Positions 10,649 through 19,609 of a stretch of DNA of 64,000 nucleotides are shown one piece after another; the stretch's first letter is position 1, and every line of letters begins with the position of its first letter. A model generated the notes under the pieces. It was given only the letters and a program-made list of their open reading frames with translations. It did no database searches and was not told where the DNA came from. Position numbers and translations under genes: made by a program. The DNA comes from a virus, in the IMG/VR virus record IMGVR_UViG_3300047564_002155, positions 32,001 through 96,000 of that record; one strand, 5' to 3'.

Positions 10649-11356
10649 ATGGCTATCACATTTACAAATGGATTTACAACAATAACAAACAATGGTGGTT
10701 CTTTTGTGAATCCAACTTTGACTTTTGGGTCGGCTGTAACAACAGCAGTTCAAAGTCCATTTTCCGGCGGTGGTAATTCCTATCAGTTTAGTTCATCGGT
10801 AAACAGCTTTATTAGTTTGGTAGCAAGTAGTGATTGGGCTCCAGGTACGGCAGACTTTACAATAGAATGGTTTAGCTATCAGACATCAACAGGAAGTTTT
10901 CCAAGACCATTTTCAGTTGGAAATTACTCAACCGCTCCCATCGCAGTTAGTATTGAGGGTGGTACTTTTTACTACTGGGCAAACGGAGGATTTAGGTATT
11001 CAAATTCAGCTGGAACAATTTTAAATTCGTGGGTACATTGGGCTGTGGTAAGAGGTAGTGGAGTTACAAAAGTTTATAAAAATGGAACCCAATTGGGTAG
11101 TCAAATAACCGATACAAATAATATAACCAATACGAGCACCGAACTTACTGTGGGAAATGAAACCACAAAATCAACCGGCGCTGCTTTAATTGGATATTTA
11201 ACAAACTTCCGCTGGGTCAAAGGATTAGCAGTTTATACTGGAGATTTCACAGTCCCAACATCAGCTTTAACAGCAACGGCAAATGCAAATCCATATGGTG
11301 GGTCTAACACACAAGCTATTGGTGATGGATATACTAAATTACTATTAGTTCCTTAA
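10649..11356 (+). CDS. LamG/concanavalin-A-like lectin-domain virion protein
   Basis: 'DFTIEWF', 'WVHWAVVRGSGVTKVYKNG', 'GYLTNFRWVKGLAVYTGDFTVP', C-terminal 'TKLLL', typical of phage LamG fibre proteins. Confidence 0.75.
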   Translation: MAITFTNGFTTITNNGGSFVNPTLTFGSAVTTAVQSPFSGGGNSYQFSSSVNSFISLVASSDWAPGTADFTIEWFSYQTSTGSFPRPFSVGNYSTAPIAVSIEGGTFYYWANGGFRYSNSAGTILNSWVHWAVVRGSGVTKVYKNGTQLGSQITDTNNITNTSTELTVGNETTKSTGAALIGYLTNFRWVKGLAVYTGDFTVPTSALTATANANPYGGSNTQAIGDGYTKLLLVP

Positions 11357-11357
11357 A

Positions 11358-11591
11358 ATGAAAAATTGGACACAATACTATAATGAAAATAAAGACAAAA
11401 TGTCTTTAAATGAAATGGTGCGTCAATACAATATGGTTTTGTTGCAAAATCAACAAGAATTTATATTAAGACAACAATCTCATAGAAGAAGTGGTAGTCC
11501 GTTTGAATCATCCACTCAAGATTCCGGGTTTTTATTACAAGAAAATAATGACTATTTATTACAAGAAAACAACGATAGGATACTTTTGTAA
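11358..11591 (+). CDS. Small structural protein with LLQE repeats
   Basis: 'FLLQENNDYLLQENNDRILL'; stop overlaps the next start (TAATG). Confidence 0.5.
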   Translation: MKNWTQYYNENKDKMSLNEMVRQYNMVLLQNQQEFILRQQSHRRSGSPFESSTQDSGFLLQENNDYLLQENNDRILL

Positions 11592-12622
11592 TGGCTGATA
11601 AGAAAATAACGGATTTAACAAGATTAACCGACCCGGTTCTTGCTGATGCTCTACCTATTGTAAATGGTGGTGAAACTAAAAAAACACTCGTTGGTGATAT
11701 TGCAACTCCAATTAGAAATTATAATGCTCCACTTACTGCAAGTGGTATTGTTATATCGGGTCCCATAGTTCCATCAACTCCAAGTGGTTCAAGTTTAGGA
11801 ACTGCAGAATTTCCATTTGGTGATTTATTCGTATCTTCTGGTTCTATTAACATTGCAAGTGATGTGCCGGGAGACCCAAACACATCTCTATCAAATGAAG
11901 GTGGTAATATTTTAGTATCCGCTGGTGGTATGAGATTGGTTGAACCCGGTAACTCGTTTATCGCTGAAACGGGGTCATTCCAATATATTTCGGGAAGTTT
12001 AACTCAAGTAGGTAGTTATAATAGGATTGGAAACACTATAACAACAGGTTCAGTTGACTTTTCAGGTTCATTTACCGCTTCTTTACAATCAGGTTATATG
12101 TGGATAGGTAATTCTAATAATAGAACAACAACAATTCCTACATCTTCTTTATACACAAAAACTAATTTTGGATTCTATGGTTCATTTTATTCCACAGCAT
12201 CACAATATAATCCCGTAGGTAATGTGTCACGTTCTATGATGTTGGAAACTTTAGTTACATCTAATGGTGTAAGTGTAGTAAGTGGTAGTAGAATGAAAGT
12301 ATCTGGTGCCGGTGTTTATAACTTACAATTTTCCGCTCAATTAGAAAAAAGTGATAATGGTGTAGATACGGTTTATATATGGTTTAAGAAAAACGGACTT
12401 AACATACCAGACTCTGCTACCTCACTTGATATATTAAAAGACGCGGGTGGTTCTGGTAGATTTGTTGCGGCTTGGAACTTTGTAGATACATTTAATGCTA
12501 ATGATTATATAGAAATAGTCTGGCAATCCGATGACATTAACGTAAGTATACCTTATGTGGCTCCTTCGGGTAATATTCCATCAATACCATCGGTAATAGC
12601 AACGCTAACTCAAGTATCATAA
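11591..12622 (+). CDS. Tail fibre-like protein with C-terminal C1q/TNF-like head
   Basis: N-terminal 'MADKKITDL...LPIVNGGETKK' fibre-anchor motif; C-terminal 'GAGVYNLQFSAQL...IWFKKNG...DYIEIVW'. Confidence 0.6.
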   Translation: MADKKITDLTRLTDPVLADALPIVNGGETKKTLVGDIATPIRNYNAPLTASGIVISGPIVPSTPSGSSLGTAEFPFGDLFVSSGSINIASDVPGDPNTSLSNEGGNILVSAGGMRLVEPGNSFIAETGSFQYISGSLTQVGSYNRIGNTITTGSVDFSGSFTASLQSGYMWIGNSNNRTTTIPTSSLYTKTNFGFYGSFYSTASQYNPVGNVSRSMMLETLVTSNGVSVVSGSRMKVSGAGVYNLQFSAQLEKSDNGVDTVYIWFKKNGLNIPDSATSLDILKDAGGSGRFVAAWNFVDTFNANDYIEIVWQSDDINVSIPYVAPSGNIPSIPSVIATLTQVS

Positions 12623-12639
12623 TAAAAATAAAAAAAGTT

Positions 12640-13068
12640 ATGGCAAAAGGAAATTGGAGCCATATCCAAAAGACCAAAGGACATAAGTCAGGTCTTGAAG
12701 ATAGGATAAACGAGCAGTTACGAATTCAAGGAATTGATGGTGAGTATGAGAAACACGAAATCCCATATACCATCCCAGCATCACACCACACCTACAAACC
12801 TGATTTTAAATTACCAAATGGAATTTATATTGAATCAAAGGGGTGGTTCTTGCCGGAAGATAGAAAAAAACATTTGTTAGTAAAAGAACAACATCCTGAA
12901 ATGGATTTGAGATTTATCCTTCAATCTCCAAATGGTAAAATTTATAAGGGTTCAAAAACTACTTATGCTCAATGGTGTGAAAAACACGGATTCAAGTGGG
13001 CAAAGAAAGAAGTTCCGCGAGAATGGATAGATGAGAATCCAAAACAAAATTTCTTTGATTTCTCATAA
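12640..13068 (+). CDS. T7 endonuclease I (gp3)-like Holliday-junction resolvase
   Basis: 'SGLE...YTIPASHHTYKPDFKLPNGIYIESKG...DRKKHLLVKEQHPEMDLRF...GSKTTYAQWCEKHGF' closely follows T7 gp3 (PD...ExK). Confidence 0.9.
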   Translation: MAKGNWSHIQKTKGHKSGLEDRINEQLRIQGIDGEYEKHEIPYTIPASHHTYKPDFKLPNGIYIESKGWFLPEDRKKHLLVKEQHPEMDLRFILQSPNGKIYKGSKTTYAQWCEKHGFKWAKKEVPREWIDENPKQNFFDFS

Positions 13069-13088
13069 ATATTTCGTATATTAGTGGT

Positions 13089-14024
13089 ATGGAGGAAAGA
13101 CTATTATCACTTTTAGAATCAATTCTTGGTAAGTCCAAGAAAACTTCGGGCGACAATTACTCGTTCTATTCTCCATTTGTAGACCACTACAAGAGAAAAT
13201 TAGAAATCAATATACGATTAAATTCCAAAGGAGAAAATCCTTGGCATTGTTGGATTTCTGATGAGAAGGGTAGAACTATTAAATCCCTTTTCAAAAAACT
13301 TCGTGTATCCAAACAAACTTGGGATGAATACAATTCAATCTTCAGCAAGGTCAACCGATATGCAAGTGAGTATGAAACTACTGAAATTGTAGAACAAGTA
13401 GAACTCCCAAAAGAATTCAAACCACTTTACCAAAAGTCAGATTCCATCAAATGGAAACACGCTATGAATTACTTGTTAAATCGTGGGGTTCGTGCTGAAG
13501 ATATTGTTAAATACAATATTGGATATTGTGAGGGTGGTGAATACGACAATAAAATTATCATCCCATCCTATGATGAGCGTGGTAAGTTAAACTACTTTGT
13601 TGGTAGGTCATTTTATGATACAAAGTTTAAACACAAAAATCCAAAGGTTTCCAAAGATATAGTTGGGTTTGATTTGTTAGTGAATTGGGATACTCCTATT
13701 ATCCTATGTGAGGGTGCGTTTGACGCTATTTCAATTAGAAGAAATGCTATACCGCTTTTCGGTAAATCAATACAACCAAACCTTGAAAAGAAAATACTTG
13801 GAAAATTGGTAAAAAAGTTGTATATTTGTTTAGATTCGGATGCTATAAAAAATTCCATAGGATTGGCTGAAAAGTTTGTATCGTATGGAATTGAAACGTA
13901 TTTAGTGGAGTTAAAAGATAAAGACCCATCTGAAATGGGATATGAAAATATAAATAAACTTATTTACAATACACCACCCTTAACACTCCGAAGGTTGGTT
14001 GAGTTGAAGATGAACGGCTTATGA
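13089..14024 (+). CDS. DNA primase (DnaG/T4 gp61-like, TOPRIM)
   Basis: TOPRIM 'LCEGAFDAISI' and 'CLDSDA'; 'YLLNRG', 'IIIPSYD...YFVGR'; degenerate Zn-binding N-terminus (WHCW). Confidence 0.85.
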   Translation: MEERLLSLLESILGKSKKTSGDNYSFYSPFVDHYKRKLEINIRLNSKGENPWHCWISDEKGRTIKSLFKKLRVSKQTWDEYNSIFSKVNRYASEYETTEIVEQVELPKEFKPLYQKSDSIKWKHAMNYLLNRGVRAEDIVKYNIGYCEGGEYDNKIIIPSYDERGKLNYFVGRSFYDTKFKHKNPKVSKDIVGFDLLVNWDTPIILCEGAFDAISIRRNAIPLFGKSIQPNLEKKILGKLVKKLYICLDSDAIKNSIGLAEKFVSYGIETYLVELKDKDPSEMGYENINKLIYNTPPLTLRRLVELKMNGL

Positions 14025-17000
14025 GTAAAGTTAAAACTCTTAATATTGGTATAGAAAAGATTGGTAAGATTTACCATATCGCAGATGTCCACATTAGAAA
14101 CCTAAAAAGACACTCCGAGTATCGTGATGTGTTTTCCCAACTTTATGGGTATATTTTGTCCACAATGTCGGAAAACGACATCATCGTAGTTGCTGGTGAT
14201 ATTGTCCACGCTAAAACCGATATGTCACCCGAAGTAGTAGATTTAACGCAAGAGTTCTTTACTCGTTTATCAGACCTACTTCCAACTATTGTAATTCCTG
14301 GCAACCACGATGCTAATCTAAACAACCCATCTCGTATGGACGCTTTACAACCTATTGTAAATGCGTTGAAACTTGATAATCTATACTATCTTCGTGATAC
14401 GGGTGTTTGGAAGATTGGTAATTGTTCGTTCTATCATCAGTCGGTATTTGATGAATCACCGGGGTTCCCAACACCGGTTGATGTTGAGGGGTGTGACCAT
14501 AAGATTGCATTATTTCACGGAGCGGTTGATAAAATTGTTACCGAGTTTGGGTTTGTAATTGAAAACAAAAAAGTTCTTGTAGATAATTTCAAGGGATATG
14601 ATATTGTTCTTCTTGGCGATATTCACAAACCAAACAATGGTGTATTAGGTAATGAGTGGATTAAGTATCCTGGCTCTTTGATTATGCAGAATCACGCCGA
14701 ATCGGTATTTCCAGAACACGGAATCTTGGTATGGGATGTTGATACAAAAACAAACGAATTCGTTCAGATTAAAAATCCATATGGGTATGTGACTGTTGAT
14801 GTTGAGAATGGTAAGATTGTATCTAACTCACCGATTCCACAAAAACCACGAATGAGAATTCGTGTTAAAAACACCAAAGCTGCTGACCTAAACAAACTGA
14901 TTGCAGAATTAAAGAAGGGTAGACAAGTACAAGAACTTACGGTTCAAAAAGTTATTACTCGTAAGGATTCTAACGAAAGTGAAAAGATTGTTCTTCAAAA
15001 TGTTCGTGATGTTGCATATCAGAATAAATTGATTGAAGAGTACCTTTCCGATACCGAACATTTGACTGAAGACCAAATGAGTGTTGTAAAGGGAATCAAC
15101 ACCGACCTCAATGCTAAGTTGGGTAGTCACACTATCAAACTGAATTCTACTTGGGTTCCAAAAACATTTGAGTTCTCAAATATGTTTTCATATGGAGCAA
15201 ACAATATTATTGACTTCAGCAATATGAAAGGTGCTTATGGAATCTTTGCACCAAACGCAAGTGGTAAGTCAACTCTTTGGGATGCTCTTTCGTTTTGTAT
15301 CTTTGATAAGTGTTCACGAACCTCAAAGGCTGAGGATGTGATGAACTACTCTAAAAATTCGTTTGATTGTAAATTTACTTTTGACCTGAATGGGGTTGAC
15401 TATGTGATTGAACGAAGTGCAAAGAAATCTCCAAAGAGGGGGACTGTAAAGGTAGATACAAACTTTTACAAAATAGAAAATGGTGTGATGGAATCTCTTA
15501 ATGGAGAACAACGAAGAGACACCAACTTTATTATCCGTGAGTATGTGGGAACATATGATGACTTCATCCTTACAGCAATGTCCACTCAATCAAACAATAC
15601 AGGGTTTATTGACAAGTCACAAAAGGAAAGAAAAGAACTACTTGCTCAATTCTTGGATATGGATGTATTTGAATCTCTTTACCAAATTGCAAGTGAAGAA
15701 ATCAAAGAATTATCTGCTCTTCTAAAGGATTATAAGAATCAAGACCTACCGACCCAATTAGCTGACGCTGAGGAGACTTTAACATCCATTACAGGTTCTT
15801 TAACCGAATTAGAAGATAAGCGTCTTAAATTGGATTCTCAGCGAGATTCAATCAACACAAAGATTGAGTTTGAAGTTGGTAGTTTAAAGCCCGTTGATGA
15901 TGTTGGTGATGTGGAACAATTAGAAACACATTTAGAGTCACTTAACAAGCAACGAAAAAGACAAGATACCGAATGTGGTGTAAATCTTTCGGAGCTTAAA
16001 AGTATAGAAACAAAACAACAAGATGTTGAGTCAAAGATGTCCAATTTAAACATTGATGACTTAAAAGAAAAAAATGAACAATACAAAACTTACAATAATA
16101 AGTTTAATGAAATGGGAGTTCAACTTGATAAGTTGGAATCTCAAATGGTTCACGCTAAAAAACACTTGGATGGTATTGGGTCTCTTACCTTTGATGATAA
16201 TTGTGACCATTGTGTAAGTAATAAAAACACACCATTTGCAAAACAAGCCCAAACCCTTGAAGATGAGTTGAAAAAATTGGGTAATGAATATACTGACTTG
16301 GTAACCAAACGTATGGATGTAATGACCCTACGAAATCAAAATGATGTGACCAAAGAGCTAAAGCTTTGGGATGACCTTTCCGAAACTTCTTCTAAATTGG
16401 AAAAGGAATGGTTAAAGGTCAGTCGTTCGTATGAGTCGTGTTTATCGCTTGTTAAGGACTATGATACCTCTATTAAAAATTTAGAGATTGATATTCAAAA
16501 AGCCAAGAACCAACAACAAGCGGTAGAGCATAACAAATTGGTAAAGGAAAAGATACAATCTTTAAAAGGTAAACGAACTGAAATTGAAGAGTCTATCAAA
16601 GAAACTACCAATGAGTTAATGAATATCAATTCAGAAATTAAGGTAGCTGAAAAAACCATTGAGAATGTTCATCAGTCTTTGGAAAAACTTCGTGGTATGG
16701 AAATGAAATACGATGGGTATGAATATTACCTCAAGTGTGTAAAGAGAGATGGTATTCCTTACAATCTTATTTCAGAGGTTCTTCCAAAATTAGAAATGGA
16801 AATTAACAACATCCTTTCACCTATTGTAGATTTCCAAATCCTATTGAATACGGATGGTAAAAACATCAATTCGTATATTGCATATGGTGATGCTGAATAC
16901 TGGCCATTAGAACTTACAAGTGGTATGGAAAAATTCATTTCATCTATCGCAATCCGAACTGCTTTGATAAATGTGTCTAATTTACCAAGACCAAACTTTA

Positions 17001-17191
17001 TTGCAATTGATGAGGGATTTGGGTCATTAGACACGGACAACTTCAACTCACTCTATTTATTATTTGATTATCTAAAGACGCAGTTTGATTTTATAATCAC
17101 CATTTCGCACATTGATAAAACGAGGGATATGGTAGATTTCATTATTGACATCAATAAAATCAAAGGGTTTTCATCTATAAGATATTTATAA
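14021..17191 (+). CDS. Fused Mre11/SbcD nuclease - Rad50/SbcC ATPase (T4 gp47-gp46 fusion)
   Basis: Phosphoesterase motifs DVH, GDIVH, GNHD, GDIH; Walker A APNASGKST; coiled coil with CDHC zinc hook; signature TSGMEK; Walker B IAIDEGFGSLD; ISH. Confidence 0.9.
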   Translation: MSKVKTLNIGIEKIGKIYHIADVHIRNLKRHSEYRDVFSQLYGYILSTMSENDIIVVAGDIVHAKTDMSPEVVDLTQEFFTRLSDLLPTIVIPGNHDANLNNPSRMDALQPIVNALKLDNLYYLRDTGVWKIGNCSFYHQSVFDESPGFPTPVDVEGCDHKIALFHGAVDKIVTEFGFVIENKKVLVDNFKGYDIVLLGDIHKPNNGVLGNEWIKYPGSLIMQNHAESVFPEHGILVWDVDTKTNEFVQIKNPYGYVTVDVENGKIVSNSPIPQKPRMRIRVKNTKAADLNKLIAELKKGRQVQELTVQKVITRKDSNESEKIVLQNVRDVAYQNKLIEEYLSDTEHLTEDQMSVVKGINTDLNAKLGSHTIKLNSTWVPKTFEFSNMFSYGANNIIDFSNMKGAYGIFAPNASGKSTLWDALSFCIFDKCSRTSKAEDVMNYSKNSFDCKFTFDLNGVDYVIERSAKKSPKRGTVKVDTNFYKIENGVMESLNGEQRRDTNFIIREYVGTYDDFILTAMSTQSNNTGFIDKSQKERKELLAQFLDMDVFESLYQIASEEIKELSALLKDYKNQDLPTQLADAEETLTSITGSLTELEDKRLKLDSQRDSINTKIEFEVGSLKPVDDVGDVEQLETHLESLNKQRKRQDTECGVNLSELKSIETKQQDVESKMSNLNIDDLKEKNEQYKTYNNKFNEMGVQLDKLESQMVHAKKHLDGIGSLTFDDNCDHCVSNKNTPFAKQAQTLEDELKKLGNEYTDLVTKRMDVMTLRNQNDVTKELKLWDDLSETSSKLEKEWLKVSRSYESCLSLVKDYDTSIKNLEIDIQKAKNQQQAVEHNKLVKEKIQSLKGKRTEIEESIKETTNELMNINSEIKVAEKTIENVHQSLEKLRGMEMKYDGYEYYLKCVKRDGIPYNLISEVLPKLEMEINNILSPIVDFQILLNTDGKNINSYIAYGDAEYWPLELTSGMEKFISSIAIRTALINVSNLPRPNFIAIDEGFGSLDTDNFNSLYLLFDYLKTQFDFIITISHIDKTRDMVDFIIDINKIKGFSSIRYL
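17183..17190 (+). promoter_or_regulatory. Putative late promoter TATTTATA
   Basis: One of 14 TA(T/C)TTAT(A/T) copies located just upstream of gene starts. Confidence 0.5.
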
Positions 17192-17206
17192 GAAATGGAG
17201 TAGTTA

Positions 17207-19591
17207 ATGGGTTTGGAACTCAAAATAAAGTCAAAACAAAATCTATCCAAATATAGAGTTTTAGTAGAAGACTCATCAGCAACATCTGATGAGTATTTTT
17301 CTATTGTAGAGTTTCCAGAATACTTGGGTGAGGGTAAGAACCTACTTCGTATCAAAACGAACCCAAATGTATTTGAACCCAACACTCAAATCTTTATTGA
17401 GGTATTAGACCCAAATGGAACGCCGGTATATTGGGAGATTCCAAATCATAGAGAAAAAGATGACTCTCGTTTAATTTCTATTTGGGTTTATGGTGATAGA
17501 AACGACAAGTACGATAATGGTAAGGGTATTGGTGAGATAGTCTTGCTTGGAACCTTATCAACTACATCGGATGGTAAACAAGTTCCTACTGATTTCAAAA
17601 AGGTTCCAAATATAAGGTGGAGACGTAAAGTTTCGTTTGCACCAAACAAACCATCAAATGGTAAGATTGTATTTAGGACAGATAGTTTACCAAGACTAAC
17701 ACTATCTTCAAGTGTTGATACATTCACTAATAAAGTAGTATCAAATAATCAATTAGTTAAGACCATCACCAATTCGGATGTTTATTATAAGAAATCTACA
17801 TTTGGAAATACTGTATCACTTGAATATGAAAATGGTGATGCGTTTGAGGGTCAAATGGTTGGTGGTATTGTTTATGGTAATTTGTCCACTACTTTATTTC
17901 CAAGATTGGGTGGTGGTCAATCACAACCAACTACATTTACTGCAAGTATTAGTTCAGTTCCATCCATTTCTATTTTAAGAATAGAAAATCCACTAACTCA
18001 AAGTGATAATAGAACAAATGGGTCCATTCACACATATGAGTATTCTGATGGAACTATAAATGTAAATGTAGAGTATTACTCAACCGCATCTGATACACAA
18101 ACTCAAAATCAAGTTGCTGTTGCAAATATAACTTTAACTAACCTTGACCCTATTGTAGGTAGGGTTCATTCAGTTAACACCTTACTAAAATCACAAGGAT
18201 TAACTTCGGCTGAATATCAATTGATATCAAACAACTTGGTTAGTGCTACAGAATCAGTATCATTTAAAGTTCCAATTCCAACCGAACAACTAAACGACCC
18301 AAAGACTTTAAAATTACAATTTTTAAATGTTGATGGTGTGAAGTCAGAAACCGAACTTGTTAAATCAGATGTTGTATTTACGGGCGGTAACGTATACATT
18401 GCAGGTGACCAATCCTTAATCACCGGCTCATTCCATATTGGAAACGCAATTGGAACTGGCATTGAAATGTCCGGCCAATCAAGTGGATATCTAAAATCGG
18501 TTGGATACCAAGGATTTACATCAGCATCACTTGGTAAAGGGCCGGGTGGATTTCTTATTTGGAGTGGTAGTGGTAATTTACAAATTGGAGTAGACCAATA
18601 CCCTGGTGTAGGAATGGAAATGGTGTCGGAGGGTGGTAGTTCAAGTTTCTTCTTTACAACCGCAGGTGGTGGTAATTTGCAGGTAATCACCGATGATTTC
18701 TTTATTGGAACCGAAGCCACTCAATTTGTTAGTGGTTCAAATGGTAACATAGAAATTAGTTCATCATTTTTCCATCTTAATCCAAAAGATAATGAAGCTG
18801 TGATTGGTGGGTTTGTTGTAACCCCAACTGCAATAAGTTCATCACAATTTGATACATCCGCATCAGTATCCGTTCCAAAACTTGCACTAAAATCAAATGG
18901 ACAAATTACAGGTTCAAGCGTTCTTATCCAACGACTATTGGATGGTGACTTTTACACTTTGTTTGATACGAATGTTGGTATTATAGACGCAAGAAATAAT
19001 GGTAGACAAATTATTTCGGATTATACTGAATATGAGTGGACCGGTTCGGTTGAAACAAAAGTGGCAGAATATTACTTTCAGTTAATGCCGGGTGAAAATA
19101 GACTATTATATGCGTTTAGTCAGTTAACTCATAGGCAAGCGACTGGTTTTACTGGTTCAGTTGGATATGTTCAAGGAACTTGCAAAATGACACTACAAAT
19201 TCCAAATACGGGCTCTGTAACTAATGGTCCATATGGGTATTCATCTCCAAGTCAAGGTACATATTACTACGATGGTTTTGCAAACGCAACAGAATACACG
19301 GTATTTGAACGAACTTTAGGTAATATTGCAACCAATGACTATTATTCAAGTAGAACAAATCAGCCAGGAGACCAAGGGTCTTATTATGTTGTTCCAAGTA
19401 ACTTACAAGGTCGTTTGATTCGTGCAAATCTTTATTTAAAAACTTTAAATGTTGCAACCACTGGCCCACGAACGGCCGGAACTTATTCAAGAGTCAAGGG
19501 TGTGAGTTTAGTTGCCACGAGACAATTTGGTCAGAGAGCTGGTGATATTACGGAAGTATTGCCTGATTTGGGTGAAGGGTTAGGAATATAA
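17207..19591 (+). CDS. Virion structural protein (Ser/Gly-rich, tail-associated)
   Basis: 794 aa; beta-rich composition with SGS motifs like neighbouring structural proteins; preceded by TATTTATA and GGAG. Confidence 0.45.
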   Translation: MGLELKIKSKQNLSKYRVLVEDSSATSDEYFSIVEFPEYLGEGKNLLRIKTNPNVFEPNTQIFIEVLDPNGTPVYWEIPNHREKDDSRLISIWVYGDRNDKYDNGKGIGEIVLLGTLSTTSDGKQVPTDFKKVPNIRWRRKVSFAPNKPSNGKIVFRTDSLPRLTLSSSVDTFTNKVVSNNQLVKTITNSDVYYKKSTFGNTVSLEYENGDAFEGQMVGGIVYGNLSTTLFPRLGGGQSQPTTFTASISSVPSISILRIENPLTQSDNRTNGSIHTYEYSDGTINVNVEYYSTASDTQTQNQVAVANITLTNLDPIVGRVHSVNTLLKSQGLTSAEYQLISNNLVSATESVSFKVPIPTEQLNDPKTLKLQFLNVDGVKSETELVKSDVVFTGGNVYIAGDQSLITGSFHIGNAIGTGIEMSGQSSGYLKSVGYQGFTSASLGKGPGGFLIWSGSGNLQIGVDQYPGVGMEMVSEGGSSSFFFTTAGGGNLQVITDDFFIGTEATQFVSGSNGNIEISSSFFHLNPKDNEAVIGGFVVTPTAISSSQFDTSASVSVPKLALKSNGQITGSSVLIQRLLDGDFYTLFDTNVGIIDARNNGRQIISDYTEYEWTGSVETKVAEYYFQLMPGENRLLYAFSQLTHRQATGFTGSVGYVQGTCKMTLQIPNTGSVTNGPYGYSSPSQGTYYYDGFANATEYTVFERTLGNIATNDYYSSRTNQPGDQGSYYVVPSNLQGRLIRANLYLKTLNVATTGPRTAGTYSRVKGVSLVATRQFGQRAGDITEVLPDLGEGLGI

Positions 19592-19609
19592 AATTAGATA
19601 CTTATTATT

